This document shows positions 21,090-30,692 of a stretch of 64,000 bases of DNA, in pieces (the first letter of the stretch is position 1; every line of letters begins with the position of its first letter). Source of the stretch: Escherichia coli (GTDB lineage Bacteria > Pseudomonadota > Gammaproteobacteria > Enterobacterales > Enterobacteriaceae); assembly GCF_048403405.1 (NCBI RefSeq), contig NZ_CP183129.1. One strand, given 5' to 3'. Under the pieces are notes generated by a model. It was not told the origin of the DNA, did not search any database, and saw nothing but the letters and a program-made list of their open reading frames with translations. The position numbers and the translations under genes are program-made.

Positions 21090-22433
21090 TTAAATCACGC
21101 CCTGGCTTAACATCGCATCCGCAACCTTCACAAAACCGGCAATGTTCGCGCCCTGCACGTAGTTGGTTTGCTCACCTTCACCACCATGCTCAACACAGGC
21201 ATGGTGGATATCCAGCATGATGTGATGCAAACGTGCGTCAACTTTCTCGGCTTTCCAGCCCAGGCGCGCAGCGTTTTGCGCCATTTCCAGGCCCGATGTT
21301 GCTACACCGCCAGCATTAGCCGCTTTACCCGGTGCAAACAGTACGCCTGCCTGCTGGAACAGTTCAGTCGCTTCGATGGTGGTCGGCATATTTGCCCCTT
21401 CGGCGACGGCTTTAACGCCATTGGCGATAAGCTGATGCGCGGCGTCAACATCCAGTTCGTTCTGGGTGGCGCAAGGCAGGGCGATATCAACTGGTACAGA
21501 CCACGGCTGTTGGCCTTCGAGATAGACCAGACCAAATTCTTTGGCGTAATCTGCCACTCGACCATCGCGGCTGGCTTTGATTTCGATAAGACGCGCCAGT
21601 TTCTCTTTCGTGAATCCGCTTTCATCAACTACAGTGCCACTGGAGTCTGACGCAGTGATCACACGAGCACCAAATTCCATCGCTTTTTCGATAGCGTACT
21701 GGGCGACGTTGCCGGAGCCAGAAACGGAAACGCGCATTCCTTCAAAACCCATACCGTGGCGTTTTAGCATTGCTTCTGTGAAATAAACCAGACCGTAGCC
21801 GGTAGCTTCCGGGCGAATAAGACTGCCGCCAAATGAAAGGCCCTTACCGGTGAAGACGCAGGCGGTATTGTTGGAGAGCTTTTTCATCATCCCCGCCATA
21901 AAGCCGACTTCACGACCACCAACCCCGATATCACCTGCCGGAACGTCGGTATCCGCGCCCAGGTGGCGATACAGTTCAGTCATCAGCGCCTGGCAAAAAC
22001 GCATCACTTCACCTTCGCTTTTTCCTTTCGGATCGAAATCGCTGCCGCCTTTACCACCGCCCATCGGCAGAGTAGTCAGGGCATTTTTGAAGGTTTGTTC
22101 GAAGCCGAGGAATTTGAGAATGGAAAGGTTAACTGACGGATGGAAGCGCATACCGCCTTTGTACGGGCCGATGGCAGAGCTGAACTGCACACGCCATGCA
22201 CGGTTGACCTGTACCTGGTTGCGATCATCAACCCATACCACGCGAAACTGGATCACGCGCTCCGGTTCAACCAGACGCTCCAGTAATGACATCTGGCGAT
22301 ATTTTGGATTTTGTTCAAGAAAAGGCCAGAGTGTGGTCATTACTTCACGAACGGCTTGCGCGAACTCGGTTTGATTCGGGTCGCGCTTTTGGACATGGTT
22401 GAGGAATGACTCCAGAGAATATGTCTGATCCAT
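21090..22433 (-). CDS. gdhA: NADP-specific glutamate dehydrogenase
   Basis: 447 aa; GDH catalytic region motif PMGGGKGG. Confidence 0.95.
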   Translation of the reverse strand: MDQTYSLESFLNHVQKRDPNQTEFAQAVREVMTTLWPFLEQNPKYRQMSLLERLVEPERVIQFRVVWVDDRNQVQVNRAWRVQFSSAIGPYKGGMRFHPSVNLSILKFLGFEQTFKNALTTLPMGGGKGGSDFDPKGKSEGEVMRFCQALMTELYRHLGADTDVPAGDIGVGGREVGFMAGMMKKLSNNTACVFTGKGLSFGGSLIRPEATGYGLVYFTEAMLKRHGMGFEGMRVSVSGSGNVAQYAIEKAMEFGARVITASDSSGTVVDESGFTKEKLARLIEIKASRDGRVADYAKEFGLVYLEGQQPWSVPVDIALPCATQNELDVDAAHQLIANGVKAVAEGANMPTTIEATELFQQAGVLFAPGKAANAGGVATSGLEMAQNAARLGWKAEKVDARLHHIMLDIHHACVEHGGEGEQTNYVQGANIAGFVKVADAMLSQGVI

Positions 22434-22668
22434 AGATATAAAACCCTTATATATTAATACGATTGTGCTTATGTTGTTTATGTCATGTGCTTTTGCAGTT
22501 TTCGACTATACCATCAAGAATGTGACGGTAAGCAAGAAAAAAATGACCCAGGAAAGCAAATTAATAACGAGAGTAATCTCATAACCAAATGCGATAACTC
22601 AGACGCTAAAGTTTTGCCACCCGGCTACCGTTATCAGTAGCAGAGACAATAACGTTAAGGAGTTCCCT

Positions 22669-22941
22669 GTGAGTCGAGCATTGTTCGCCGTAGTATTAGC
22701 ATTTCCATTAATTGCACTGGCTAACCCGCATTATCGTCCGGACGTGGAGGTAAACGTACCGCCAGAAGTGTTCAGTTCAGGCGGGCAGTCAGCGCAGCCC
22801 TGTACTCAGTGCTGCATTTATCAGGATCAAAATTATTCTGAAGGGGCGGTAATTAAAGCCGAAGGAATACTGCTGCAATGCCAGCGTGATGACAAAACCC
22901 TTAGCACTAATCCGCTGGTCTGGCGGCGCGTAAAGCCATAA
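22669..22941 (+). CDS. ynjH: DUF1496 family small secreted protein
   Basis: 90 aa with N-terminal signal-like segment; 3' end overlaps nudG convergently. Confidence 0.7.
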   Translation: MSRALFAVVLAFPLIALANPHYRPDVEVNVPPEVFSSGGQSAQPCTQCCIYQDQNYSEGAVIKAEGILLQCQRDDKTLSTNPLVWRRVKP

Positions 22942-23314
22942 ACGCCTCTAATAATGGAATGTCAGCAGGGGCCAGCGGATATTGCAGCGCCTCTTCAGGT
23001 GAGCACCAGACCAGCGCCTGATGTTCATGTGCCTGTAACGTCCCGTGGAAGTCGGGTACGTGCCAGGCATGAAGATGGATAATCCGCCCCGAAACTTCTC
23101 GCTGATGGCTGGCAACATATTCACCCACAGCTGCTTCGATGCCCAGTTCTTCGCGTAACTCACGCACCAGCGCCTGCCGCTGGCTTTCATCCGGCTCGAC
23201 TTTACCACCGGCAAACTCCCATAATCCCGCCTGATCGCTATGGGCGGGGCGTTGCGCGAGTAAAATTTTGCCATCACGTTCGATGATGGCGGCAACAACT
23301 TCAACCATTTTCAT
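22907..23314 (-). CDS. nudG: Nudix hydrolase (CTP/dCTP pyrophosphohydrolase)
   Basis: 135 aa; Nudix box GGKVEPDESQRQALVRELREELGI. Confidence 0.85.
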   Translation of the reverse strand: MKMVEVVAAIIERDGKILLAQRPAHSDQAGLWEFAGGKVEPDESQRQALVRELREELGIEAAVGEYVASHQREVSGRIIHLHAWHVPDFHGTLQAHEHQALVWCSPEEALQYPLAPADIPLLEAFMALRAARPAD

Positions 23315-23400
23315 AAATTACACACGGGTAGATAAGCGAAAAATGCCATAATATCCGCACTGTTGCTCAATCAGAAAGGCTTTATATTTAAGGAGTGCCT

Positions 23401-24021
23401 GTGCTAGACCGCCATCTTCATCCCCGAATTAAACCTTTGTTGCATCAGTGTGTGAAGGTGCTGGATAAACCCGGCATCACGCCAGATGGTTTAACATTAG
23501 TGGGATTTGCCATCGGTGTGCTGGCACTGCCTTTTCTGGCGCTGGGCTGGTATCTGGCGGCGCTTGTCGTCATTTTGTTAAACAGGCTGCTTGATGGTCT
23601 GGACGGTGCGCTGGCGCGGCGCAGAGGGCTTACCGACGCGGGCGGCTTTCTCGATATTTCTCTCGATTTTCTCTTTTACGCGCTGGTGCCGTTTGGTTTT
23701 ATTCTTGCTGCACCGGAGCAAAATGCGCTGGCAGGCGGCTGGCTGCTGTTTGCGTTTATCGGTACGGGCAGCAGTTTTCTCGCCTTTGCTGCACTGGCAG
23801 CAAAACATCAGATTGATAACCCCGGTTATGCACATAAGTCGTTTTACTATCTGGGGGGATTAACCGAAGGCACTGAAACGATCTTACTGTTTGTGCTGGG
23901 ATGTTTATTCCCTGCATGGTTTGTGTGGTTTGCGTGGATCTTCGGTGCGTTGTGCTGGATGACGACCTTTACGCGGGTGTGGAGTGGGTATCTGACGCTG
24001 AAGTCGCTCCAGCGTCAGTAA
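23401..24021 (+). CDS. ynjF: CDP-alcohol phosphatidyltransferase family membrane protein
   Basis: motif DGLDGALARRRGLTDAGGFLDISLD; GTG start 6 nt after AAGGAG (ORF track start 23395 also GTG). Confidence 0.75.
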   Translation: MLDRHLHPRIKPLLHQCVKVLDKPGITPDGLTLVGFAIGVLALPFLALGWYLAALVVILLNRLLDGLDGALARRRGLTDAGGFLDISLDFLFYALVPFGFILAAPEQNALAGGWLLFAFIGTGSSFLAFAALAAKHQIDNPGYAHKSFYYLGGLTEGTETILLFVLGCLFPAWFVWFAWIFGALCWMTTFTRVWSGYLTLKSLQRQ

Positions 24022-24029
24022 TTGCAATG

Positions 24030-25337
24030 TTATTTGCTGCTGTCCGGGCCGCGTTCACCGGTTGCAACCGGATTTTTTGGATCGCTGCTCCATTCGTACC
24101 AGCCGCCGTCGTAAACGGAGACGTTATTCCAGCCCATTGCTCGTGCGTACATAAAGGTTTCGGATGCGCGCCAGCCGGTGCCGCAGTAGAATGAAACTTG
24201 CTGATCTGGCTTGATATTCCATGCTTTCCACATAGCGGTAATATCATCGGCGCTACGCATGGTGCCATCCGGGTTATGGAAATCTTCCATATGCGTCGAG
24301 TCGCTACCAGCGTGTCCCCAACGTGCTCCGGCTATTTCACCTTTTGGTTTAATATAGCTGTAACCGCTGGTCGTACCGATAAATTCTGGCCACGAACGAA
24401 TGCTCACCAGCGATGCATCCTGGCGATGCAGCAGTCCACGCGCCTGTTCCATATCAAGCATCAGTTGCGGTTGTGCCGGGATCTTCACGCCGAAATCCGG
24501 TTCCGCTTTCACTTTCGGTGGCGTTCCGCGCTCAACAGGCAGTCCCGCGTCGGACCAGGTTTGCCAGCCGCCATCCAGCAGGCGCACATCTTTCACGCCG
24601 GCATAAAGCATTATCTGCGCCACACGCGCTGCAGCGTATACGTCACGCCCGTACAGAATGACCGTGGTGTCATGGCGAATGCCGTGTTTTGCCAGCATCG
24701 CTTTTAGTTGTTCATCAGAAACTTTGTTCCACAGCGGTTCGCTTTCCACTTCGTTGGTATCGATGTAGTCAGCGCCGGGAATATGACTGATAAGGTAAAG
24801 CTTAGGAGCGCCCCAGGCCGCTTCAATGACTTTCCAGTCACCGGCAGGTTTCGCCGTAACCTCTTTACCTTGTTGCAGGTCGTGCAGCCATTGCGGATAA
24901 ACCAGCTGCTCAAAGTGCGGCAGTTTTTGCAGACGGGAAGGTTCACTTAGCGCGTCACTCAGGATGGAGATATGCGTAAAACCTGCTTTTTGCAGACGCG
25001 TTTTGACGGCATCGACATCTTTGTCATTACCGTACAGCGCAACCGGAGCATCGGCTTTCAGGTTATGTAGCTTGATCCACGCGTTAAGCTGTTCGGTGCT
25101 CATTTTGTCGAGCCAGCTGGCAGAGAGGTTTAAGGCGGCAGGCTCATGACCAGAAGGGCCATTTAAGATTTGTGGCCAGCCGTTATAAAACGCGCTGGGG
25201 CGAGTATCTATCGCTTTGCCATTTTGTTGTTGAAGCTGGTCAAGTGTAAGAGGCTTCGCCAGTTCAGCGGCCCACGAAGAAGCGCAAGCCAGCCCTAAAG
25301 CCATTGCCAGCGCGGTCATTTGAGAAACACGTTTCAT
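24030..25337 (-). CDS. ynjE: periplasmic multi-domain rhodanese (thiosulfate/3-mercaptopyruvate sulfurtransferase family)
   Basis: 435 aa from MKRVSQMTALAMALGLACASSWA (signal peptide); rhodanese domains with active-site CGTGWRAS. Confidence 0.85.
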   Translation of the reverse strand: MKRVSQMTALAMALGLACASSWAAELAKPLTLDQLQQQNGKAIDTRPSAFYNGWPQILNGPSGHEPAALNLSASWLDKMSTEQLNAWIKLHNLKADAPVALYGNDKDVDAVKTRLQKAGFTHISILSDALSEPSRLQKLPHFEQLVYPQWLHDLQQGKEVTAKPAGDWKVIEAAWGAPKLYLISHIPGADYIDTNEVESEPLWNKVSDEQLKAMLAKHGIRHDTTVILYGRDVYAAARVAQIMLYAGVKDVRLLDGGWQTWSDAGLPVERGTPPKVKAEPDFGVKIPAQPQLMLDMEQARGLLHRQDASLVSIRSWPEFIGTTSGYSYIKPKGEIAGARWGHAGSDSTHMEDFHNPDGTMRSADDITAMWKAWNIKPDQQVSFYCGTGWRASETFMYARAMGWNNVSVYDGGWYEWSSDPKNPVATGERGPDSSK

Positions 25338-25403
25338 CGAAAATCCCGACATTGTAGTTTTGAGTGCGCCATTCTGAACTGACGCATTGGGAAAAACTTT
25401 GCG

Positions 25404-26057
25404 TTATCGCAGTTTGTTGTAATTTTCTGACCACTGCGCCATATCCAGAACAGAACTATCAGCAGGAACATCCTGGAGATCGTGCGTTACCTGAACGACT
25501 GGGATCGCCTGGGCGCGAACTTCGCTGAACACCCACTGGCGAAAATTATCGCGCAGAGCTACATCAAGACGGCTGAATGGCTCATCCAGTAGCAACGCTT
25601 TTGGCTGAGCGAGAAGAGCGCGAAGCAGAGCAACGCGCGCTCGCTGACCGCCAGACAAAGTGGCAGGATCCTGATGGAACATACCGCCAAGCCCCGCACG
25701 CTCCAGCGCATCATTTACCGCATCGCGCCTTGCAACACCTTTGAGTGCCGCTGGCAGAGCCAGCAGTAAATTTTGCCCGACGCTGAACTGGTCAAATAAC
25801 AGTGCATCCTGGAAAAGAATGCCAATCTGACGCTCTGCGGTGGGTAGCATGTCAATCCGTTGCTCATTGAGCCATAGCTCACCTGTACAAGAAAACTGTC
25901 CGGCCAGCGCACCAATCATCCATGAAAACAGAGTGGATTTTCCACAGCCAGACGGCCCCATTAACGTGACAATGTCACATTTATCCACCGTAAAGTTAAC
26001 GTTTGTCAGCAAGCAGCTTTCTGGTAAACGTAGCGAAACATTTTTCACGCAGAGCAT
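25404..26057 (-). CDS. ynjD: ABC transporter ATP-binding protein
   Basis: 217 aa from MLCVKNVSL; Walker A GPSGCGKST; start overlaps ynjC stop (ATG/TAA sharing one nt). Confidence 0.85.
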   Translation of the reverse strand: MLCVKNVSLRLPESCLLTNVNFTVDKCDIVTLMGPSGCGKSTLFSWMIGALAGQFSCTGELWLNEQRIDMLPTAERQIGILFQDALLFDQFSVGQNLLLALPAALKGVARRDAVNDALERAGLGGMFHQDPATLSGGQRARVALLRALLAQPKALLLDEPFSRLDVALRDNFRQWVFSEVRAQAIPVVQVTHDLQDVPADSSVLDMAQWSENYNKLR

Positions 26058-27592
26058 TAGCGGAGTCCTTGTCTGACATAACCTACCCATTTTGCGACTA
26101 ACGCGGTCAGGGCAAAAATAATAAGCGGCAACAGTAGTTGCCATAAAGCCTGGGCGGCGAGAATACCGTTGCTGCCGCCGCTGCTTAATGCCACCGCTTC
26201 AGTGGTGAGCGTCGGAAAACGCCCCGCGCCCAGCCACAGCGTCGGCATATACTGTGCAATACTGACTGAAAATCCCACCGCGAAGACAATCAGCGCAGGG
26301 CGTAGCATGAGTGGGCATTTCACGTAAAAGAAGATTTTGGCCCGCGACCAGCCCAGTGTTTGCGCAATCAAAATTAACCGTGAATCAATGCGCTGCCAGG
26401 CGGGTTGCAGGATAAACAGCATCCACGGCATTACCCACAGCAGATGCCCCCAGACCACCGCCGTCCAGCTTCCATCCAGGTTTAGCCATAGCGCCAGCGT
26501 GTACTGGCCCGCCACCAGTGGCAGAGCGGGTAATAAAATGGGCAACCATAGCCACAACTGGCGACGTTGTGGCCCCCATTCCAGCCACAGCAGTAACAGG
26601 AGCAAAGCGATGAATGTCGCCACCAGCCCCATTGTCAGGCTGTTGATGAGCGCTTCACTATTGATCGTCGACTGATCCGCGAGGATCGCCAGCAGAACCA
26701 CACACAGCACACCGGTCAAGGGTAAAAAACTCGCCAGCGTATTGCCTGGCAATAAAGACGTGGCAGGCTTACGAACGCCATCTACGCGGGGAATATTACG
26801 CCGCCAGCCACGCCATAGCAGATAGCCCAGCAAAACGTAGGCGGCGAGTAACAGCATCAGCAGCAGGCTGGCGAGTGCGCCTTTCGTTTGTTGATCGGCG
26901 TCGCCCTGAGTTAACCACTGCCAGCTAATTACTGCCAGCGTCGGGGGATTACCTGGCCCAAGGATAATCGCCACATCCACGACCGACAGCGACCAGGCGA
27001 CAATCGCCAGCATCGCCATTGCCAGTGCAGGTGCGACGGAGGGCAACAACAGCCAGTTCAGGCATTGCCAGCGGCTGTAGCCCAGCGAATCCAGTACAAT
27101 GACCTGCTGCAACAGCCGTTTTTCGCTCAATACTGCTGCTAAGATCCACAGCAGAAATGCGCTTTCTTTCACTGCAAGGGTGAGGCCCAGCCCAATACCC
27201 AATTTGTCCATTGGCGGAGTGAAATACGGGAAATAGTCATAAAGCAGCCCTCCGTCAGCAAAGAGCAGAAGGGCGCTGGTGGCAAAAGCCACATGGGGAA
27301 TGGCGAGCAGCCACGGCAGACGGGCGCACATACGCTGCCATTTCGGCCCTGGCCACAGCGCCACAATCACCAGCAGGGCAATCAACAACGCCCCGACCGC
27401 CGCGATGGTTGTCGACACCAGCGTTGCCAGTAATGCCTGCGGTAACTGTGGATCGGCAAATAACGTCTGCCAGTGTGTCAACGACAAAGCAGGCGATATC
27501 AGCGTGAGAGCTGCCGGGATCAGCGGTGCATAAATCACCGCCACCATCGCCCACAGCAAAAAGATTAATGCGTACCGTAACGGTGTAGCCAT
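26057..27592 (-). CDS. ynjC: ABC transporter permease with duplicated transmembrane domain (thiamine/iron-type fused permease)
   Basis: 511 aa highly hydrophobic ORF between the binding-protein and ATPase genes. Confidence 0.8.
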   Translation of the reverse strand: MATPLRYALIFLLWAMVAVIYAPLIPAALTLISPALSLTHWQTLFADPQLPQALLATLVSTTIAAVGALLIALLVIVALWPGPKWQRMCARLPWLLAIPHVAFATSALLLFADGGLLYDYFPYFTPPMDKLGIGLGLTLAVKESAFLLWILAAVLSEKRLLQQVIVLDSLGYSRWQCLNWLLLPSVAPALAMAMLAIVAWSLSVVDVAIILGPGNPPTLAVISWQWLTQGDADQQTKGALASLLLMLLLAAYVLLGYLLWRGWRRNIPRVDGVRKPATSLLPGNTLASFLPLTGVLCVVLLAILADQSTINSEALINSLTMGLVATFIALLLLLLWLEWGPQRRQLWLWLPILLPALPLVAGQYTLALWLNLDGSWTAVVWGHLLWVMPWMLFILQPAWQRIDSRLILIAQTLGWSRAKIFFYVKCPLMLRPALIVFAVGFSVSIAQYMPTLWLGAGRFPTLTTEAVALSSGGSNGILAAQALWQLLLPLIIFALTALVAKWVGYVRQGLR

Positions 27593-28731
27593 TCTTGTTC
27601 CAGCGCATTTACCCAACCTGCGTGCGGTTCAGCCAGTACCGGCGGCAGATCCTGCGGCATTCTCGATTGCAATGTTTCGCGCTGCCCGTCAGGCAGTTTT
27701 TGCGGATCGAGAACAGAAGGATCGCCCCAGACAGCGGGATCTGCTTTACGCAATTGCGCATCGGGTGAGAGCAGGAAATTGGCAACTACCTTCGCCGCAG
27801 CACTGGCATTCGCGTTGGCAGGAATGGTGACGAAATGGACGTTGCCAATCATCCCCTCGCGAAAACCAAAACTGTAACTGCTTGCAGGCAAATCGCCGCT
27901 GGCGATTTTTTGCTGCGCATGAGCAGGATTAAAGGTCAGCGACAGGCGCAATGTGCCGGCTTTCAGCAGAGCATCCATCCGCGCGGGCGAAGGCGGGAAA
28001 TCCTTTCCTTCGCGCCATAAATACGGATGCAGTGCATCAAGATATTGCCACAAGGGCGCAGTGACACGGGCGAAAGTCGCAACGTCCGGGGTTTCTTTTA
28101 AAGCTGCGGGATCGGGCGTCAGCATAATCAGCAACTGTTCAAGAAACGCCGTGCCGGTAAAGTCCGGTGGGCGCGGATAGGTAACCGTGCCAGGATTGGC
28201 TTTAGCAAACTCCAGCAACGCTTGCGGCGTTTGTGGTGGCTGTGGCGTAACATCGCGGCGGGCGATAAACGTCAGTTGTGCGCCACCCCAGGGCGATTCA
28301 GCCCCTTCTGTAGGCACTGAAAAATCTTCCCGCACCGGCAGCTGTGTGTCGACATAGCGCCAGTTGGGCAGAGTCTCCACCCAGCCCGTTTGTAATAAAT
28401 TGGCCTCTTTTAAGGTGCGGAAGTTTTCGCCGTTCACCCAGAGCAGATCCACCGAACCGCCTGTTTTGCGTCCGGCAGCAGCTTCGGTCTGAATGCGCTT
28501 CACCGCGTCTGCGGCATCCGCGAGACGAACAATCTTCAGGTTTATAGCGTAATGGGTTTTCATCTCGCCGCTAACCCAGTCGAGATAGCGGTTAATTGCC
28601 GTATCGCCGCCCCAGGCGTTAAACCAGACGGTTTGCCCTTTGGCGTCGTTTTTGATTTCCTGCCAGTCACTGGCATGTGTTGCCAAAGAAAACAGCGATA
28701 ACAATCCCAGCAACCACACACAATGGCGCAT
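27565..28731 (-). CDS. ynjB: ABC transporter periplasmic substrate-binding protein
   Basis: 388 aa with N-terminal signal peptide (MRHCVWLLGLLSLFSLATHA); 3' end overlaps ynjC start. Confidence 0.8.
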   Translation of the reverse strand: MRHCVWLLGLLSLFSLATHASDWQEIKNDAKGQTVWFNAWGGDTAINRYLDWVSGEMKTHYAINLKIVRLADAADAVKRIQTEAAAGRKTGGSVDLLWVNGENFRTLKEANLLQTGWVETLPNWRYVDTQLPVREDFSVPTEGAESPWGGAQLTFIARRDVTPQPPQTPQALLEFAKANPGTVTYPRPPDFTGTAFLEQLLIMLTPDPAALKETPDVATFARVTAPLWQYLDALHPYLWREGKDFPPSPARMDALLKAGTLRLSLTFNPAHAQQKIASGDLPASSYSFGFREGMIGNVHFVTIPANANASAAAKVVANFLLSPDAQLRKADPAVWGDPSVLDPQKLPDGQRETLQSRMPQDLPPVLAEPHAGWVNALEQEWLHRYGTH

Positions 28732-28740
28732 CATCTCTCC

Positions 28741-29289
28741 TTAAGAACGTTTTTCAGGAATACGGCACAGCCCCTGAGCGGGAATGTCCATGGCAGAATT
28801 AAAACGGGCTGACAGGTTTTGCAGTCCGATCAATGCCGTCAGTTCGGTGAGCGCCTGGGCGTCAAAATGCGCAGCCAGTCGGGTACGCAGGGCATCATCG
28901 ACCGTTGGCGGCGTTACGCTTGCGGCTTCGGCGTACTCCAGCGCCAGCCGTTCTTCATCGCTAAAAAGCGGGCTTTGCCGCCAGTCAGCCACTGCCAGCA
29001 GTTTATCGGTGCTGCCAGTGCGCTCGGCGACTTTCATACTGGTGATATCCACGCAAAACTCACACAGACACATTTGCGCAATGCGCGCGCTGACAAGCGA
29101 TCGCACTACTGGATCCAGCGGTGAGCGTTTGCGCTCCAGCCAGCCGACAAACATCGACACCAGATAAAAGATAAACGGGATCCGCCCCCACCAGCGAATC
29201 GGGCTTAGCACCTCGCCGTAATGGCGACGATGCAGCCACGCCTGCGGACGTAAAATGAAAGGAATTTTGCTAAGCGGCGGTAAACCCAT
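28741..29289 (-). CDS. ynjA: carboxymuconolactone decarboxylase (AhpD-like) family protein
   Basis: 182 aa; Cys cluster MCLCEFC typical of AhpD/CMD-fold redox proteins. Confidence 0.7.
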   Translation of the reverse strand: MGLPPLSKIPFILRPQAWLHRRHYGEVLSPIRWWGRIPFIFYLVSMFVGWLERKRSPLDPVVRSLVSARIAQMCLCEFCVDITSMKVAERTGSTDKLLAVADWRQSPLFSDEERLALEYAEAASVTPPTVDDALRTRLAAHFDAQALTELTALIGLQNLSARFNSAMDIPAQGLCRIPEKRS

Positions 29290-29996
29290 CAGGCATTCCT
29301 CTTCTGGCGCTCAAGCCATATTTTCTTCGCCATAAAAATCACCACGGTCAGGGCAAACAGAATAAACAGTCCGGTGATAAACCAGAAAGTACCGCCTGTT
29401 AACATGCTGCCCGCCCAGGAATAAACAATAGTCGCCGGTAACTGACCAAGCCCGGTGGCGATAATAAACGAGCGAAAACGTATTGAAGTCAAACCGGCAG
29501 CATAGCTTACGGGATCAAAAGGCACAAAAGGCAATAATCGGCATACCAGAATGGTGTGTTTACCATAGCGGGTAAAAAAGCCGTCCATACTATTGAGTAC
29601 CGTTTTACCCGTTAACTTTTCCACCACTTCGCGGCCCATCACTCTGGCGATAAAAAAGCACAGCGCCGCGCCGGCCATCGAACTGGTCCACGACAGCAAG
29701 CCGCCCCAGAGCGCGCCAAACAGCGACGCATTGGCAAAGGTGATCAAAAACGCAGGTAGCGGTGCAGCAATGGCCTGTAAAATCATCAACAAGAACGAGA
29801 CAACTGCCGCCAGTGCGCCGTAAGACTGAATAAAGCGTTCTATACCCTGTTGGTCCACGGCGGCAAACGCCGCAACGCTGCGATTGATAAACTCATGGAC
29901 GCCGGGAAGCAGCGCCCATGCCAGCAGCATAGCGAACAACAGGATGATGAGGGTTATACGGTAATACCAGATTTTTCGCGATTGCATCTTCATCAT
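29289..29996 (-). CDS. ydjZ: DedA/TVP38 family inner-membrane protein
   Basis: 235 aa polytopic membrane ORF; stop overlaps ynjA start by 1 nt. Confidence 0.75.
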   Translation of the reverse strand: MMKMQSRKIWYYRITLIILLFAMLLAWALLPGVHEFINRSVAAFAAVDQQGIERFIQSYGALAAVVSFLLMILQAIAAPLPAFLITFANASLFGALWGGLLSWTSSMAGAALCFFIARVMGREVVEKLTGKTVLNSMDGFFTRYGKHTILVCRLLPFVPFDPVSYAAGLTSIRFRSFIIATGLGQLPATIVYSWAGSMLTGGTFWFITGLFILFALTVVIFMAKKIWLERQKRNA

Positions 29997-30010
29997 CCTT
30001 TATTCTGGCT

Positions 30011-30688
30011 TTATTCGGTGATTTTAAAGGTAACCGTTGCCAGCGTGTTATCCGCCGGGAGAACCGAGGCATTGCCTTTGAATTTAACTTCACCTCGTTT
30101 TTCAACCGCACCATAAGTGTATGTTGCATTGCTGACGATGCCGACCGGGCAGCTATCCAGACACACCAGGCAGCCCGTTTTCTTCTCTTCTGCTGCCGTT
30201 AAATTACCGCCAAAGCGCATGTCCAGTTTCTTGCCATTACTGTCAACAATCACTTCATCGAAGGAATACGCTTTTGCCGCCCCTTGCCAGTTGACCGAAA
30301 TATCCAGTTTGCTGCCTGTGACATGAGTCGTTTCTTTATTATCCATCGTCATATTTTCGCCTGGCGTACCACCGACCTCTTTCAGGGCTTCATAAAATGC
30401 TTTCGGGGTCGCATAACCCATAAACAGCGATTTATGTCCGTTGGAGCCATCTTTAAACACAATACCGTGACGAGTGTCGTCGGTAAGGAAACGACCATTA
30501 ATTTGCACCAGCATGGTTACCGTATGGTTATTGGCATCGACGCGCAGCGGTTGGCTGTTCGAAAGTTCGTCGTATTCCACTTTTGCCGCCGCATTCTCTT
30601 TTTGATCGCAGCCGCTAAGCCCGGCAACAGCCAGTAAGCAGAGTGCAGTCAGTCCTTTTTTCCATGACGCTGAATAATGTTGCAACAT
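30011..30688 (-). CDS. ydjY: lipoprotein with ferredoxin-like Cys motif
   Basis: 225 aa from MLQHYSASWKK; lipobox LSGC; C-terminal CLVCLDSCP motif. Confidence 0.7.
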   Translation of the reverse strand: MLQHYSASWKKGLTALCLLAVAGLSGCDQKENAAAKVEYDELSNSQPLRVDANNHTVTMLVQINGRFLTDDTRHGIVFKDGSNGHKSLFMGYATPKAFYEALKEVGGTPGENMTMDNKETTHVTGSKLDISVNWQGAAKAYSFDEVIVDSNGKKLDMRFGGNLTAAEEKKTGCLVCLDSCPVGIVSNATYTYGAVEKRGEVKFKGNASVLPADNTLATVTFKITE

Positions 30689-30692
30689 CGTT

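Noticed and set aside
24198-24707. 169-aa plus-strand ORF inside ynjE, plus similar internal ORFs in sppA (15829-16389), topB and katE
   Set aside because: All are embedded in the opposite strand or alternative frame of well-supported genes; typical of stop-codon-poor sequence.
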